64,000 nucleotides of DNA from Octopus sinensis (taxonomy: Eukaryota): contig NC_043019.1 of the NCBI RefSeq assembly GCF_006345805.1, positions 27,341,360 to 27,405,359 of the forward strand, given 5' to 3'. Below the pieces are notes generated by a model that saw only the letters and a program-made list of their open reading frames with translations, had not been told where the DNA came from and ran no database searches. Positions 38,238 through 51,962 of this stretch are shown here, one piece after another; the first letter of the stretch is position 1; the number at the start of each line of letters is the position of its first letter. The position numbers and the translations under genes were made by a program.

Positions 38238-39497
38238 AATATCTATATATATATATATAGGTGCAGGAGTGGCTGTGTGATAAGTAGCTTGTTTACTAAC
38301 CACATGGTCCCAGGTTCAGTGCCACTGCGTGGCACCTTGGGCAAGTGTCTTCTTCTATAGCCTCGGACAACCAAAGCCTTGTGAGTGGATTTGGTAGACG
38401 GAAACTGAACGAAGCCCGTCGTATATATGTATATATATGTGTTTGTCTCCCTAGCATTGCTTGACAACCGATGCTGGTGTGATTATGTCCCCGTCACTTA
38501 GCGGTTCGGCAAAAGAGACTGATAGAACAAGTAAAAAAAAAAAAATCACATGTAGCGGGACAAATTAAATATAGAATACTCTCTCTGACTAGTGAAGAAA
38601 ATATTTATCTATATAGATGCAACCACTTGGTTGCGGGTTCAGTCCCACTGCTTGACACCTTAGGCATGTGTCCTCTACTGTAGCCTCGGGCCGACCAAAG
38701 CCTTGTGAGTGGACTTGGTGTGTGTGTGTATTTGTGTCTGCCTCAATTCCCTTCCACTTAAATCTTACTAGTATAGACATTTAACAAATCAAAAAGGTGC
38801 AGGGGTGGTTATGTGGTAAGTAGCTTGCTTACCAACCACATGGCTCTGGGTTCAGTCCCACTGCATGGCACTTTGGGCAAGTGTCTTCTATTATAGCCTC
38901 ACACCGACCAAAGCCTTGTTAGTTGATTTGGTAGACAGAAACTGAAAGAAGCCCATCGTATATATGAATATATATATGTGTGTGTGTGTGTGTGTTTGTA
39001 TGTGTGTATCTGTGTTTGTCCCCCACCCACCCATCATCACTTGACAACCATTGCTGGTGTGTTTATGTCCCCATAACTTAGCAGTTCAGCAAAAAAGACC
39101 GATAGAATAAGTACTAGGCTTGCAAAGAATAAGTCCTGGGGTCGATTTCTTTGACTAAAGGCGGTGCTCCAGCATGGCCACAGTCAAATGACTAAAAAGA
39201 ATAAAAGAATAAATAGCCATATCATCATTGTTGAATGTCCGCTTTCCATGCTGGCATGAGTTGGACGGTTTAACATGGAGCTGGCTAGCAGGGAGCTGTC
39301 CAGACTCCAATTGTCTTATAAAGGAACTGTCTGGAACAGGTTGTGTCTTTTGCACTGTTTGGGTGCAACACAATTTCCTTCTTTGTTTCCAAAAACTACC
39401 GGTGTCAGGAACAAGAAAGCAACCTTAAAAAATATGACACTTTATTTCGTTATTTACATAAAGAAGGTACGTTGGTAAATTGGTAACCACTTGGTGT

Positions 39498-39879
39498 GGA
39501 AGCACTCCATCGGTTACGACGATGAGGGTTCCGGTTGATCCGATCAATGGAACAGCCTGCTCGTGAAATTAACGTGTAAGTGGCTGAGCACTCCACAGAC
39601 ACGTGCACCCTTAACGTAGTTCTCAGGGATATTCAGCGTGACACAGAGAGTGACAAGGCCGGCCCTTTGAAATACAGGTACAACAGAAACAGGAAGTAAG
39701 AGTGAGAGAAAGTTGTGGTGAAAGAGTACAGCAGGGATCACCACAATCCCCTGCCGGAGCCTCGTGGAGCTTTAGGTGTTTTCGCTCAATAAACACACAC
39801 AACGCCCGGACTGGGAATCGAAAACGCAATCCTATGACCGCGAGTCCGCTGCCCTAACCACTGGGCCTTTGCGCCTCCA
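39498..39879 (-). mobile_element. SINE family R (tRNA-Arg-like head), full-length copy. Relatives 16383-16650, 16688-16950, 54843-55120(+), 48000-48285, 60538-60830(-)
   Basis: Head GGCCCAGTGGTTAGGGCAGCGGACTCGCG; 13-bp TSD AACCACTTGGTGT at 39485-39497 and 39880-39892. Confidence 0.85.
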
Positions 39880-42344
39880 AACCACTTGGTGTAGGTACAG
39901 CAAGACTGAAGTTAAACATTTGTAAAGATAAACCTCACAACAACTGCAGCAGCAAGAGAGCCGGTCAAATCCCAAGCGTCTGGGACAGGAGAATAGGCTG
40001 ACAACACGTTAAACACGTCTTCTCTCTTCAATGAATGCCATAGAATTCTCTTTCCCAGTTTTTAGCACATGTGCATTAGGGAACTTCCTTAGGCCCTTCC
40101 AGAAGGTTCCAGCCCCGCACACGCACACTGAAGAATGACGTCACTACAGTCTATTTTGGCATGTTTTCTACAGCTGGATGCCCTTCCTAATGCCAACCAC
40201 TTAGCAGATTGTGCTGGATGCTTTTTACATGCCACTGGCATGGGTGTGTTTACACAGCACAGGTGTGTCAACGCAGCATCAACACAGGTGTTTTTAAGTG
40301 GCGCCGGCACCTGAGAGGACAAACTTGTATGTATGGATAACAGTGATTTTATTTAGCTTGATGCATCTTATCACGTACAGAAAATCGCCAGATCTCACAG
40401 TCCCTTGTCATTTTCTCAGCGAGCTTACTGTTCCCTTAAGGTAAGATTGACAAAAAATGTACCTCATCCAGTGAGAGATAAATATCATTTAATGAACCCT
40501 GGCACCCGTGCTAGTGGAGCGCTAAGAGCACCATCCAAGTGTGATCGTTACCAAAACAGCTAACTGGCTTCCATGCTGGTGGCACGTAAAAAGCACCATT
40601 CAAGCATGATTGTTACCAGCGTCGCCTTACTGGCAGTTGTGCCAGTGGCACGTGAAAAAACATTTGAGCGGGGGCATTGCCAGTGCCGCTAGACTGGCTC
40701 CTGTGCAGGTAAAACACCATTTGAACGTGGCCGTTGCCAGTACCACCTGACTGGCCCGTGTATTGGTGGCACGTAATAGCACCCACTACACTCTCGGAGT
40801 GGTTGGTGTTAGGAAGGGCATCCAGCTGTAGAAACTCTGCCAGCTCAAGATTGGAGCCTGGTGCAGCCATCTGGTTTGCCAGTCCTCAGTCAAATCATCC
40901 AACCCATGCTAGCATGGAAAGCGGACGTTAAACGATGATGATGATGACAGAATAAAGGTGTGTTACAAAACTTGTCTAGACTAGTGTCTCCAAAGCAAGA
41001 AACTATTCGTATCTTTATACTGTGTGCATAAAAAGATGTAGGTATATATGTGGGCATGGCTGGGTGGTTAAGATGGTCACTTTACAACCGCATAGTTTTG
41101 GGTTCAATCCTTTGTGCAAATATCTTTTGCTCCATCTTTGGGCTGACCCCAAGCCTTGATTTCCTTCCCCTATCTCTACAGTACCTATTTCTTTACTATC
41201 CACAAGGGGCTAAATACAGAGGGGACAAACAAAGACAGACAAACGGATTAAGTCGATTACATAAACCCCAGTTCGTAACTGGTACTTATTTAATCGACCC
41301 CGAAAGGATGAAAGGCAAAGTTGACCTCGGCGGAATTTGAACACAGAACGCAGCGGTAGACGAAATACTGCTAAGCATTTCGCCTGGCATGCTAACGTTT
41401 CTGCCAGCTCACCGCCTTATATCTCTACAGTACCATCTAGTTTCTCCTTCCTGTCACCAACCCTCACTTGTTTTGAAACGAGGTAATATTTTCCAACAGC
41501 CAGACATGTTTTGTAGAAGACTGGAAATAAACAACACTGCTTGTATAACAGTAACACTTATTTACAACATGCACACACTTACACATACACACACACATAT
41601 ATACACTCAAAAACATACAGATACACACATAACCACACACGCACTCAGATACACACACACACACACACATATATATATACACTCAAACACATACACACAC
41701 ATACTAACACATGTGTATGAGATGTTTCTTTCAGTTTCCATCAACCAAATCCACTTAAAGGCTTTGGTTAGCCTGGGGCTATAGTAGAAGACTCTTGCTC
41801 AAGGTGCTACACAGTGGGACTGATCCCTGGACGATGTGGTTGAGAAGGAGACTTCTTACATACAGCAACGCTTGCACTTACTAAAAGAAGACCTTAACCC
41901 CAGGACTAATAATTATTTAATCTCTATAGTCATGCATGTGTGTGTGTGTGTGTGTACATGTATGTGTGTGTGTGTTTCTGCACACACACTCACACACACA
42001 TATGCACACATGTAGCCATCAACTAAACTAAAACATCAGCTGTACTAATTCTCAAACTAGTTTACCAAATGCCAGAGCTTATGTGGGAGCCTGAGAAAAT
42101 TAGAGGCACGACCCTTTCGTCTTGGGATTAATTAAAGAAAAATTAGTAACATTTTAAAATATGTGTTTATAGTTTCCCTTTCCAACTAATGCTTATAATT
42201 TCGAAGCTTGTTTTAACTCTGCAAATTACCCCTATACCATCAACTTATTCTCTTGCGACTAACAAGCACCTATTATATTTTTTGATATACATGTTGAATT
42301 TTTCAGCCCAAAATTTACAATAAAAAAAAAATGGGAGGTTGACT

Positions 42345-42780
42345 TAGGCACAGGAGTGGCTTTGTGGTAAGTAGCTTGCTTACCAACCACATGGTTCTGG
42401 GTTCAGTCCCACTGCGTGGCACCTTGGGCAAGTGTCTTCTACTATAGCCTCAGGCCGACCAAAGCCTTGTGAGTGGATTTGGTAGACGGAAACTGAAAGA
42501 AGCCCGTCGTATATATGCATATATATATATATGTGTGTGTGTGTGTATATGTTTGTGTGTCTGTGTTAGTCATCCCCAACATCGCTTGACAACCGGTGCT
42601 GTTGTGTTTACATCCCCATAACTTAGAGGTTCAGCAAAATAGACTGATAGAATAAGTACTAGGCTTACAAAGAATAAGTCCCGGGGTCGATTTGTTCGAC
42701 TAAAGGCAGTGCTCCAGCATGGCCGCAGTCAAATGACTGAAACAAGTCAAAGAGTAAAAGAGAGAGAGAGAGTAAAGAGT
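42345..42780 (+). mobile_element. SINE family A (tRNA-like head, CORE-like CCTTGGGCAAGTG block, internal TA/TG microsatellite, AAAAGAGT tail). Other copies: 5395-5798(-), 7367-7790(-), 9300-9712(+), 29511-29958(-), 32077-32484(+), 38258-38530(+), 38795-39212(+), 53420-53820(+), plus many fragments
   Basis: Highly similar ~400-bp dispersed repeat with B-box-like GGTTCAGTCCC. Confidence 0.9.
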
Positions 42781-43332
42781 TATACAGCAAAATGGCTTCG
42801 GAGAGAACTGAACCTTCCATGTGAACTGCAGCAGGATTTGGAAAGATAAGGATGATGTTTGAATGTTTACATTATAATTATTACATTAGCTTGTATGCAG
42901 GAAAATATAGCATGAACCAACAAAGGAAACATCTACATGACCACTAGCCTTGTTAGAAATAGTAGCTAAATCTCTTCCAAATTACACCCTTCTGTCTCCA
43001 TATATCTACATACTAATTTTTAGTCAGATTTTTCTGACCAAAATCTACAACCAAAAAAGGTAGATTCCCTGTGAAATGCAGCAGGATTTGGAGAGACAGT
43101 GATGATGGTTGAATGTCTACACTACTACATTGACTTGTATGGCAGAAACGTTAGCACGCCAGATGAAATGCTTAGCGGTATTTCATCTGCCATTATGTTC
43201 TGAGTTCAAATTCCGCGAAGGTCGACTTTGCTTTTCATCCTTTCGGGGTCAATAAATATAGGGTTTAAGTTGATTACAACGACCCCAAAAGGATGAAAAG
43301 CGAAGTCGACCTCGGCAGAATTTGAACTCAGG

Positions 43333-43368
<36 letters not shown>

Positions 43369-43991
43369 TGAAATAAACTACAAAACCTGTGAAATATTAC
43401 TCTCCTCCTGTCCAACACATGTTTTCTCTAAAGTCTTTACGTAATCACTGAAGATATCAGCATTTACAAGATGTGATATTAGATTTAGTTATTTTGGAAA
43501 CTCTTTTAATCTGAGATTATTTGGGGATTAGGAACCAATTAATTAAAAATAAATAAATAAAATAACGAAATATGGAAAACAAAATCAGAAGGAAACTGAT
43601 ATAGTTTCAGGAATAGAAGAAAGGTGAGCTATAACGAAAAAAAGAAAAGTGTAAATATAATACATGAACACACACACAACACACAAAAGCATGAGCACAC
43701 AGAAAGACATACGAAGCACACACATACAAATACATAAAACACATCCGCCCACACATATACATACTTAAAAACGCACACACACACACACACACCTTTTTAT
43801 CTTTCACTTAAAGAATTCTATCTAAATGAATTGACCCCAGTACCTATTTACTTTTTAAACTTGGTATTTATTTTATCAGTCTCTTTTGCCAAACCACTAA
43901 GTTATGAAAACATAAACACCAACATTGGTTCACAAGCGGTGGTGAGTGACAAGCGCAACACACACACACACACACACACAGAACTACATAC

Positions 43992-44028
<37 letters not shown>

Positions 44029-44134
44029 CTACATACAACACACACACACACACACGCACACAACTACATACAACACACACACACAACTACATACAACACA
44101 CACATGCAAACATACATAAATGCACACGCACACA

Positions 44135-44175
<41 letters not shown>

Positions 44176-44394
44176 ACATACCGAAATACATACACACACA
44201 CACAGTTTCCATAATCCTTTACACAGTGTTGCAAAAGCATTGCTCCCTGCTACTATCTATATCATAAAAATTTTAATGACCTTCCCTCTTGACTTAAATC
44301 AGAGGATTGCTTCCACACGAGTGAGTGTATATAAAAGTGGTGACAAGAATCCAGTTCAAACGATGATGGGTGTAGAACCAATGTCAATACTTAC

Positions 44395-44578
44395 TGTTCA
44401 TCAACTCCCTGTTGGATGGTAAACACCTCAATATGATAAGTTGTATGGCGACCACGTCTATCCTTGGCTTTGTACAACCTCAGTTCGGCCCCTGTCACTG
44501 TCTCTTGTGGGGACACTTCTCCAAAGTCAAAGAAGAAGGTTCGGTCCCTTTCATGGCGAAGGAAATGGATTTTGTGCA
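44395..44578 (-). CDS. BMP5-8: BMP5-8/gbb-like ligand, prodomain exon (equivalent to vertebrate BMP7 exon 2)
   Basis: FFFDFGEVSPQETVTGAELRLYK prodomain motif; acceptor tttgcag, donor CA|GTAAGT; phase 1 in, phase 2 out, as recalled for BMP5/6/7. Confidence 0.88.
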
Positions 44579-44654
44579 CTGCAAATGATAATAATAATAA
44601 CAATAATAATAATAATAATAATAACAATAATAATAATAATAATAATAATAATAA

Positions 44655-44990
44655 TTCTCAAAATACAAAGACCTGGAAATAGAGATAACCAGAATGTGGA
44701 ATCTGAAAACAGAAACAATCCCTATCATAGTAGGTGCATTAGGCATGATAAAAAAAATATTCAGACAAATACATAACAAAAACACCAGGACTTACAAACA
44801 CATATAACATACAGAAAATTGCACTACTAGGCACTGCACACCTCCTACGCAGAACACTTTCCATACAATAACCATCAGAGCATCACAACAAATCACAGCA
44901 CATACCCAAGGCACACAGAGCTGCGCTCAGTAGTGAAGTGAAAGCACGCTATAAAAATAAAACTACTGAATAATAATAATAATAATAATA
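44655..44990 (+). mobile_element. R4/Dong-like non-LTR retrotransposon 3' fragment 1
   Basis: SKYKDLEIEITRMWNLKTETIPIIVGALG...QKIALLGTAHLLRRTL*; bounded by (AAT)n on both sides. Confidence 0.8.
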
Positions 44991-45475
44991 AACTGGAAGG
45001 CATCATCGAAAATTATAATGCAAAGATCCTATGGGATTTTATGACTCAGTGCAACCATGAGTTAGAGAATAGGAAGCCAGACATAGTGTTAATTGAGAAA
45101 GAAAACAAACAATGCTGGATCATGGATATAGCATGCCTAGCTGACAACAAGGTATGTGATAAGGAAGAAAGAAAAGTCGATGGATATGACAGGTTAGCTT
45201 AGGAGGTTAAGCAGTTGTGGTCGCTAGAAAAGGTGGTGGTAGTACCAATAATTGTCGGAGCCCTGGGAACAGTGAGTAAAAATCTTGAGAAGTACATGTA
45301 ACAAATAGGGGCTGCAATAAGGGTGGAGCACTTGCAGAAAACAGCAATGCTTGGGACCGTTCGAATACTCCGGATGGTGCTCGGAAAATAAGGGATGTTA
45401 CCTTAGTTCACTGGTAGTAAACAGCTGGTACCGTAGTACATCTCCAGCGTTAGAAGCTGTGCAAAGACAAAAAAA
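44991..45475 (+). mobile_element. R4/Dong-like non-LTR retrotransposon 3' fragment 2 (RLE endonuclease domain)
   Basis: KILWDF...NRKPDIVLIEK...IMDIAC...VPIIVGALGTVSK...LQKTAMLGTVRILR, with in-frame stops. Confidence 0.82.
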
Positions 45476-46526
45476 AAATAAATAATGATGATTTCAAACT
45501 TTTGCCACAAGGACAGCTTGGGATAGGGGATTAAATCAATTACATTGACCCCAGTGCATAACTGGTACTTGTTTTATCAACCTCGAAAGGGTGAAAGACA
45601 AAGTTGACCATAGTGGAATTTGAAATATAACAATAATAATCTTTTCTACTATAGGCACAAGGCCTGAAATTTTGGAGGAGGGCACTAATTGATTACTTCA
45701 ACCCTAGTGTTTTACTGGTACCTAATTTATCGATCCCGAAAGGATGAAAGGCATAATGCCAAAGGTCTTGGTCATTGTCTCTGTGAGGCCCAACACTCAA
45801 AAGGAGCTTGGCCACTTTGCTTCCATGAGGCCCAACGCTTGAAAGGAACTCAGCCACCTCACCTCCGTGAGACCCAACACTTCAAAGGCACTCAGCCACT
45901 TTTCCTCCAAATAATAATAATCCTTTCTACTATAAGTACAAGGTCTGAAATTTGAGGGGAGGGGACAAGTTGACTACATTGACCCCAGTGCTTCACTGGT
46001 ACTTAATTTCTCAACTCCAAAAGGATGAAAGGCAAAAAGCAACCTTGGCGAAATTTGAACTCAGGACATAACGACAGATAAAATACCACTAAATATTTCA
46101 CCCGGTGTGCTAACAATTCTGCCAGCTCGCCACCTTGAATAATAATAATAATAATAATAATTAATTCTTTTTATTGGCCACAAGGGCTGACACACATGAT
46201 TAGAAAACATAAAGGGACAAAACAGGACAAAAAGTTACAAAAGGTTTTGTCCGTTTTTTGAAAGAAAAAGTCCGTGTAAACAAGCTTTACAACAACGAAA
46301 AAATTCGACAATTTACAATACTCGGTGGTTGCAAATTTTAGCAGAAGGCCAGTAACTTTGAGGGAGATATAAGCCAATCACATGGATCCCAGGGCTCAAC
46401 TGGTACTTAATTTATCGACCCTGAAAGGATGAAAGGCAAAGTTGACCTCAGTGGAATTTGAACTCTGAATATAAAGACAGACGAAATACTGCTAAGAATT
46501 TTGCCCAGCAGCCAACTCACCACCTT

Positions 46527-46541
46527 AACAACAACAACAAC

Positions 46542-46612
<71 letters not shown>

Positions 46613-46621
46613 AATAATAAC

Positions 46622-46656
<35 letters not shown>

Positions 46657-46687
46657 TAATAATAATAATAATAACAATAACAATAAC

Positions 46688-46719
<32 letters not shown>

Positions 46720-46756
46720 TAATAATAATAATGAAAGTAATAATAATAATAATAAC

Positions 46757-46827
<71 letters not shown>

Positions 46828-47048
46828 TAATAATAACAATAATAATAATAATAATAATAACAACAATAACAATAACAACAATACAATAATAATAATAACA
46901 ACAATAACATAATAATAATAATAATAATAACAATAACAATAACAATAATAATAAAATAATAACAATAACAACAATAACAATAATAATAATAATAATAATA
47001 ACAATACAATAACAATAATAATAATAATAATATAATAATAACAATAAC

Positions 47049-47087
<39 letters not shown>

Positions 47088-47090
47088 TTC
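46527..47090. repeat. Compound (AAC)n/(AAT)n microsatellite
   Basis: Direct reading; explains the low-complexity ORFs at 46407-47216. Confidence 0.97.
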
Positions 47091-48884
47091 TAAGTGGCAC
47101 AAGGCAAGAAAGATGAGGGAGTGGAGAAAGAGAAGAGAAAGGGGTATGTAAAAGAAGTATGATATTGGAGAGGGAAAGAGGGAGAGTGGTGTCCCATTTA
47201 GTGAAATGTGAACCAAGTACAGTTATTTCATGAGAAGGTGGAAATATATTTAAAAATGAGGGGGAAAAAAATGAAAAGAAATCGTAAGATGGTTAAATTA
47301 TTCAGCCAGAAAAACATGGAGTACTTTGGGTAGGGTTGAAGAAACGAAGGAAGTGTGCATGGGTGTGGGCACGGGCGTAATGTGTGTATGGTTGTGTGGT
47401 TTTGTGTGTGTGTGTGATTGTGAAAGAAAAGCGCTGGTAAACTGTATCATCTCGGAAGTGACTCTGCTGGATACACAGGAAAGGAGTGTGTACTGATGCC
47501 AGCAATGGGTGCAAATAGTGTGTCTTGCAGGCTGAGGGGGGGAATCGAGAGTTCAAACATTACAGATGGACACGAGGAGCTAGCAATGGGTGGGGTGTAC
47601 TTATGTAGGTATAAAGTTCTATGTATTACTCCACATGGTTTGCAAGATACAAATGGGTGCCGAAAAGTTTGTGGTTTTCGGTAAAAGAAAATAATGGGAG
47701 GATCAGTTAATTATGATTTTATTCAACATATTCCCCTCTCAGATTCATACACCTATTGCAGCGGTGCTTCAGTTTTACTAAGCCCTGTAAAAAAACATGC
47801 AAGTGTGGGCCTCCAACCAGACCTTTATTGATACCCTTAAAATCAGGAACTATTCAACACCCCTTCATATATATATATATTTCTTGACTACCCACAAGGG
47901 GCTACACACAGAGGGGACAAACAAGGACAGACAAAGGGATTAAGTCGATTACATCGATCCCAGTGCATAGCTGGTACTTCATATATATATATATATATAT
48001 CACCTGATCGACCAGTCCATCAGATGTAGTTACACATCGCTGGTCACAATGCATTCGCATTGTTTTAGCCTTCGAATGACGCCACCCTGCTGGCTAAGCG
48101 AGCAGGCCAACAGAAGAAAGAGTGGTGAAAGAGTACAGCAGGGATCACCACCCCCTGCCGGAGCCTCGTGGAGCTTTTAGGTGTTTTCGCTCAATAAACA
48201 CTCACAACACCCGGTCTGGGAATCGAAACCGCGATCCTACAACCGCGAGTCCGCTGCCCTAACCACTGGGCCATTGCGCCTCCACATATATATATAAATT
48301 AGAAAAAAAACACCTTTTATCAATTCAATAATGAAAAATTAAATTATACCATTTAGAAAAATTACATATTATAGAAAGATTAAATATAAGATAAAGCATA
48401 TAACGATGATTAAGTAATGTGCAAAATAATAAATAAAACGTATATATTTGGTAGAATAACGACACGTATTTCGTGGCTATATTTAAGAAATGATAATAGT
48501 AAAAATAGTAGAAGTGGCAGCAGCAGCAGCAGTTGCAGTAGCAGTAGTAGTAGTAGTAGTAGTAAAATCACTTCATGCTGAAAAGTTCCTGGCTTTGGGT
48601 AAAATAAAAATACAGGAGGATCAGTTAATTATGATTTTATTCAACATATTCCCCTCTCAGACACACACACTTACTGCAGTGGCCCTTCAGTTTTTCTAGA
48701 CCCTGTAAAAGAACACGGAAGGTTGGACTTCCAACCAGACTGGCAAAAAAAGAGTAATCCTGTGAGAGAATGGTGTCCTGTCCAGGTGGGGAATATTTAT
48801 ACAATGACATTGGGAAACTGGCCCTTAGGAGTTGGCATTAATCAAGAAGGTAACTTTGCCTTTACTTATAATACACAAATCTGT

Positions 48885-49366
48885 GCAAGGGGACTGTGAG
48901 CATCTCAAGAAATTAGAAAGATGGCACAAAGACACACAGGGGTCACGAAGGCGTAAATTAGTTTCAAATGTACAGCACATTCTTCAGGGATTCTACCTGT
49001 CAGGTGGTTCATTGCAAGGGGACTGTGAGCATCTCAAGAAATTAGAAAGATGGCACACAAAGACACACAGGGGTCACCTAGACGTAAATTAGTTTCAAAT
49101 CTATAGCACATTCTTCGGGGATTCTACCTGTCAGGTGGTCCATTGGAAGGGGACCGTGAGCAGAGATTCTACCTGTCAGCTGGTCCATGGGAAGGGGGCT
49201 GTAAGCGGAGATTCTACCTGTTAGCTGGTCCATTGCAAGGGGACAGTGAGCATCTCAAGAAATTAGAAAGATGGCACACAAAGATACACAGGGGTCACCA
49301 AGGCGTAAATTAATTTCAAATCTACAGCACATTCTTCAGGGATTCTACCTGTCAGGTGGTCCATTG
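48885..49366. repeat. Complex tandem repeat: ~132-bp units x3 with ~43-bp subunits
   Basis: GGGGACTGTGAGCATCTCAAGAAATTAGAAAGATGGCAC recurs at ~48889, 49018, 49239. Confidence 0.85.
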
Positions 49367-49680
49367 GACCAGCTAACAGGTAGAGTCCCAGTGTAGCGGA
49401 GCTAAACACAGCTCTTAGTAAAACACTTCTTTTCGTCTGTAATTTTGGTAACATTGCCAATCGCAGTGACAATCAGCAGACACACACCACAAACTCCTTC
49501 TCTCGTACCTACACAACACTCATATGTCACCCTACATAACACCGTCATCAGAAGCCCATACCACAACATATATACCCCATTAATTGTACCTCTGTCACCT
49601 ATAACTGCAACTGATAATTACACACCCCATCACGTACCCAGACACACTGCTTAGCATTTCCTATATATAACAACCATAGT

Positions 49681-51347
49681 AATCAACACACAACCACTCT
49701 AATCATATAACCACCACCACAACCATCACAGTCAAAGGAGCCACTATGTGGTCTTGTCAGTTGCTAGAAGTAGCAGCCAAATCTCCTTCAAGTTTCATTC
49801 CACCATTTGAAAATAATGATAGGCAACGTGGTCTTAGATATACCAAAAAAGGATGATGTGGTAGGTCATGTTTGGAATGCTTTTAATCTTATGTCTGCTT
49901 GATGAGGGCTGACCTGGAGCTAAGCATACACACACACACAAACTTACACACACTGCCACCACTAATCAACACACAACCACTCTAATCATATAACCACCAC
50001 CACAACCATCACAGTCAAAGGAGCCACTATGTGGTCTTGTCAGTTGCTAGAAGTAGCAGCCAAATCTCCTTCAAGTTTCATTCCACCATTTGAAAATAAT
50101 GATAGGCAACGTGGTCTTAGATATACCAAAAAAGGATGATGTGGTAGGTCATGTTTGGAATGCTTTTAATCTTATGTCTGCTTGATGAGGGCTGACCTGG
50201 AGCTAAGCATACACACACACACAAACTTACACACACTGCCACCACTAATCAACACACAACCACTCTAATCATATAACCACCACCACAACCATCACAGTCA
50301 AAGGAGCCACTATGTGGTCTTGTCAGTTGCTAGAAGTAGCAGCCAAATCTCCTTCAAGTTTCATTCCACCATTTGAAAATAATGATAGGCAACGTGGTCT
50401 TAGATATACCAAAAAAGGATGATGTGGTAGGTCATGTTTGGAATGCTTTTAATCTTATGTCTGCTTGATGAGGGCTGACCTGGAGCTAAGCATACACACA
50501 CACACACAAACTTACACACACTGCCACCACTAATCAACACACAACCACTCTAATCATATAACCACCACCACAACCATCACAGTCAAAGGAGCCACTATGT
50601 GGTCTTGTCAGTTGCTAGAAGTAGCAGCCAAATCTCCTTCAAGTTTCATTCCACCATTTGAAAATAATGATAGGCAACGTGGTCTTAGATATACCAAAAA
50701 AGGATGATGTGGTAGGTCATGTTTGGAATGCTTTTAATCTTATGTCTGCTTGATGAGGGCTGACCTGGAGCTAAGCATACACACACACACAAACTTACAC
50801 ACACTGCCACCACTAATCAACACACAACCACTCTAATCATATAACCACCATCACAGTCAAAGGAGCCACTATGTGGTCTTGTCAGTTGCTAGAAGTAGCA
50901 GCCAAATCTACTTCGAGTTTCATTCCACCCTTTTGAAAATAATGATAGGCAATCTGGTCTTAGATATACCAAAAAAGGATGATGTGGTAGGTCATGTTTG
51001 GAATGCTTTTAATCTTATGTCTGCTTGATGAGGGCTGACCTGGAGCTAAGCATACACACACACACAAACTTACACACACTGCCACCACTAATCAACACAC
51101 AACCACTCTAATCATATAACCACCACCACAACCATCACAGTCAAAGGAGCCACTATGTGGTCTTGTCAGTTGCTAGAAGTAGCAGCCAAATCTCCTTCAA
51201 GTTTCATTCCACCCTTTTGAAAATAATGATAGGCAACGTGGTCTTAGATATACCAAAAAAGGATGATGTGGTAGGTCATGTTTGGAATGCTTTTAATCTT
51301 ATGTCTGCTTGATGAGGGCTGACCTGGAGCTAAGCATACACACACAC
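49681..51347. repeat. Tandem array, ~283-bp unit x6, containing a SINE-like GCTAGAAGTAGCAGCCAAATCTCC...GCTGACCTGG segment
   Basis: Unit starts at 49681, 49964, 50247, 50532, 50815, 51090; related dispersed copies near 1005-1145, 12810-13110, 33930-34080. Confidence 0.92.
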
Positions 51348-51551
51348 TACCACCACTACCACCACCACCACTATAACCACCAAACAGTGAAGAGAAACAA
51401 GAGGAACAGTCAAATGTTATTTTAATTAAACAAGGCATCTTACTATTTACTGCTGTAATGATTTTGTTGGCCGTATACCAACTAATACTACCACCACCAC
51501 TACCACAGCTAGTTATACAACTACTGCTACTACCACCACCACAGCAAGTTA

Positions 51552-51583
<32 letters not shown>

Positions 51584-51880
51584 ACATTAATACTACAGCA
51601 TGTGGTACCACCACTACCACCACCACCACTGCCACAGCAAGTTTTACCACAAATGCCACCACCATCACACCATGTTGTACTACCACCAAGGGCTGTTGTA
51701 CTATTACCACCACTAATACCACCACCATCACAACAAGATGTGCCACCACTACAACTACCACAGCTAATTGCAGTACCACCATCACAAAAACTAGCTGTAC
51801 CACCTCCACTATCACAGATAAACCGTACTATTACCCATACACAATTGATTCTAGAGTCACCACTAATACTACCACCAGAA
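51345..51880. repeat. Degenerate (ACC)/(ACT) low-complexity tract; (CAC)n also at 34500-34612
   Basis: Direct reading. Confidence 0.9.
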
Positions 51881-51962
51881 CTCTATCCAGCCGACAAAAA
51901 AAAAAGGGAATCAGGTCCTTCTGTTTGTCTGAAGGGAGTTTATTTGGTTGACAGTATGTGTA

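Noticed and set aside
39820-39879. tRNA-like sequences at SINE heads as tRNA genes
   Set aside because: No acceptor stem or cloverleaf completion; they continue into SINE bodies
46407-47216. Poly-Tyr/Ile/Leu/Cys/Thr ORFs, and similar YI/CV/HT ORFs elsewhere
   Set aside because: Microsatellite translations
48455-48480. Minus-strand CGAAATACGTGTC resembling a hammerhead 3' half
   Set aside because: No CUGANGA core upstream; suggestive of a truncated relic but unsupported
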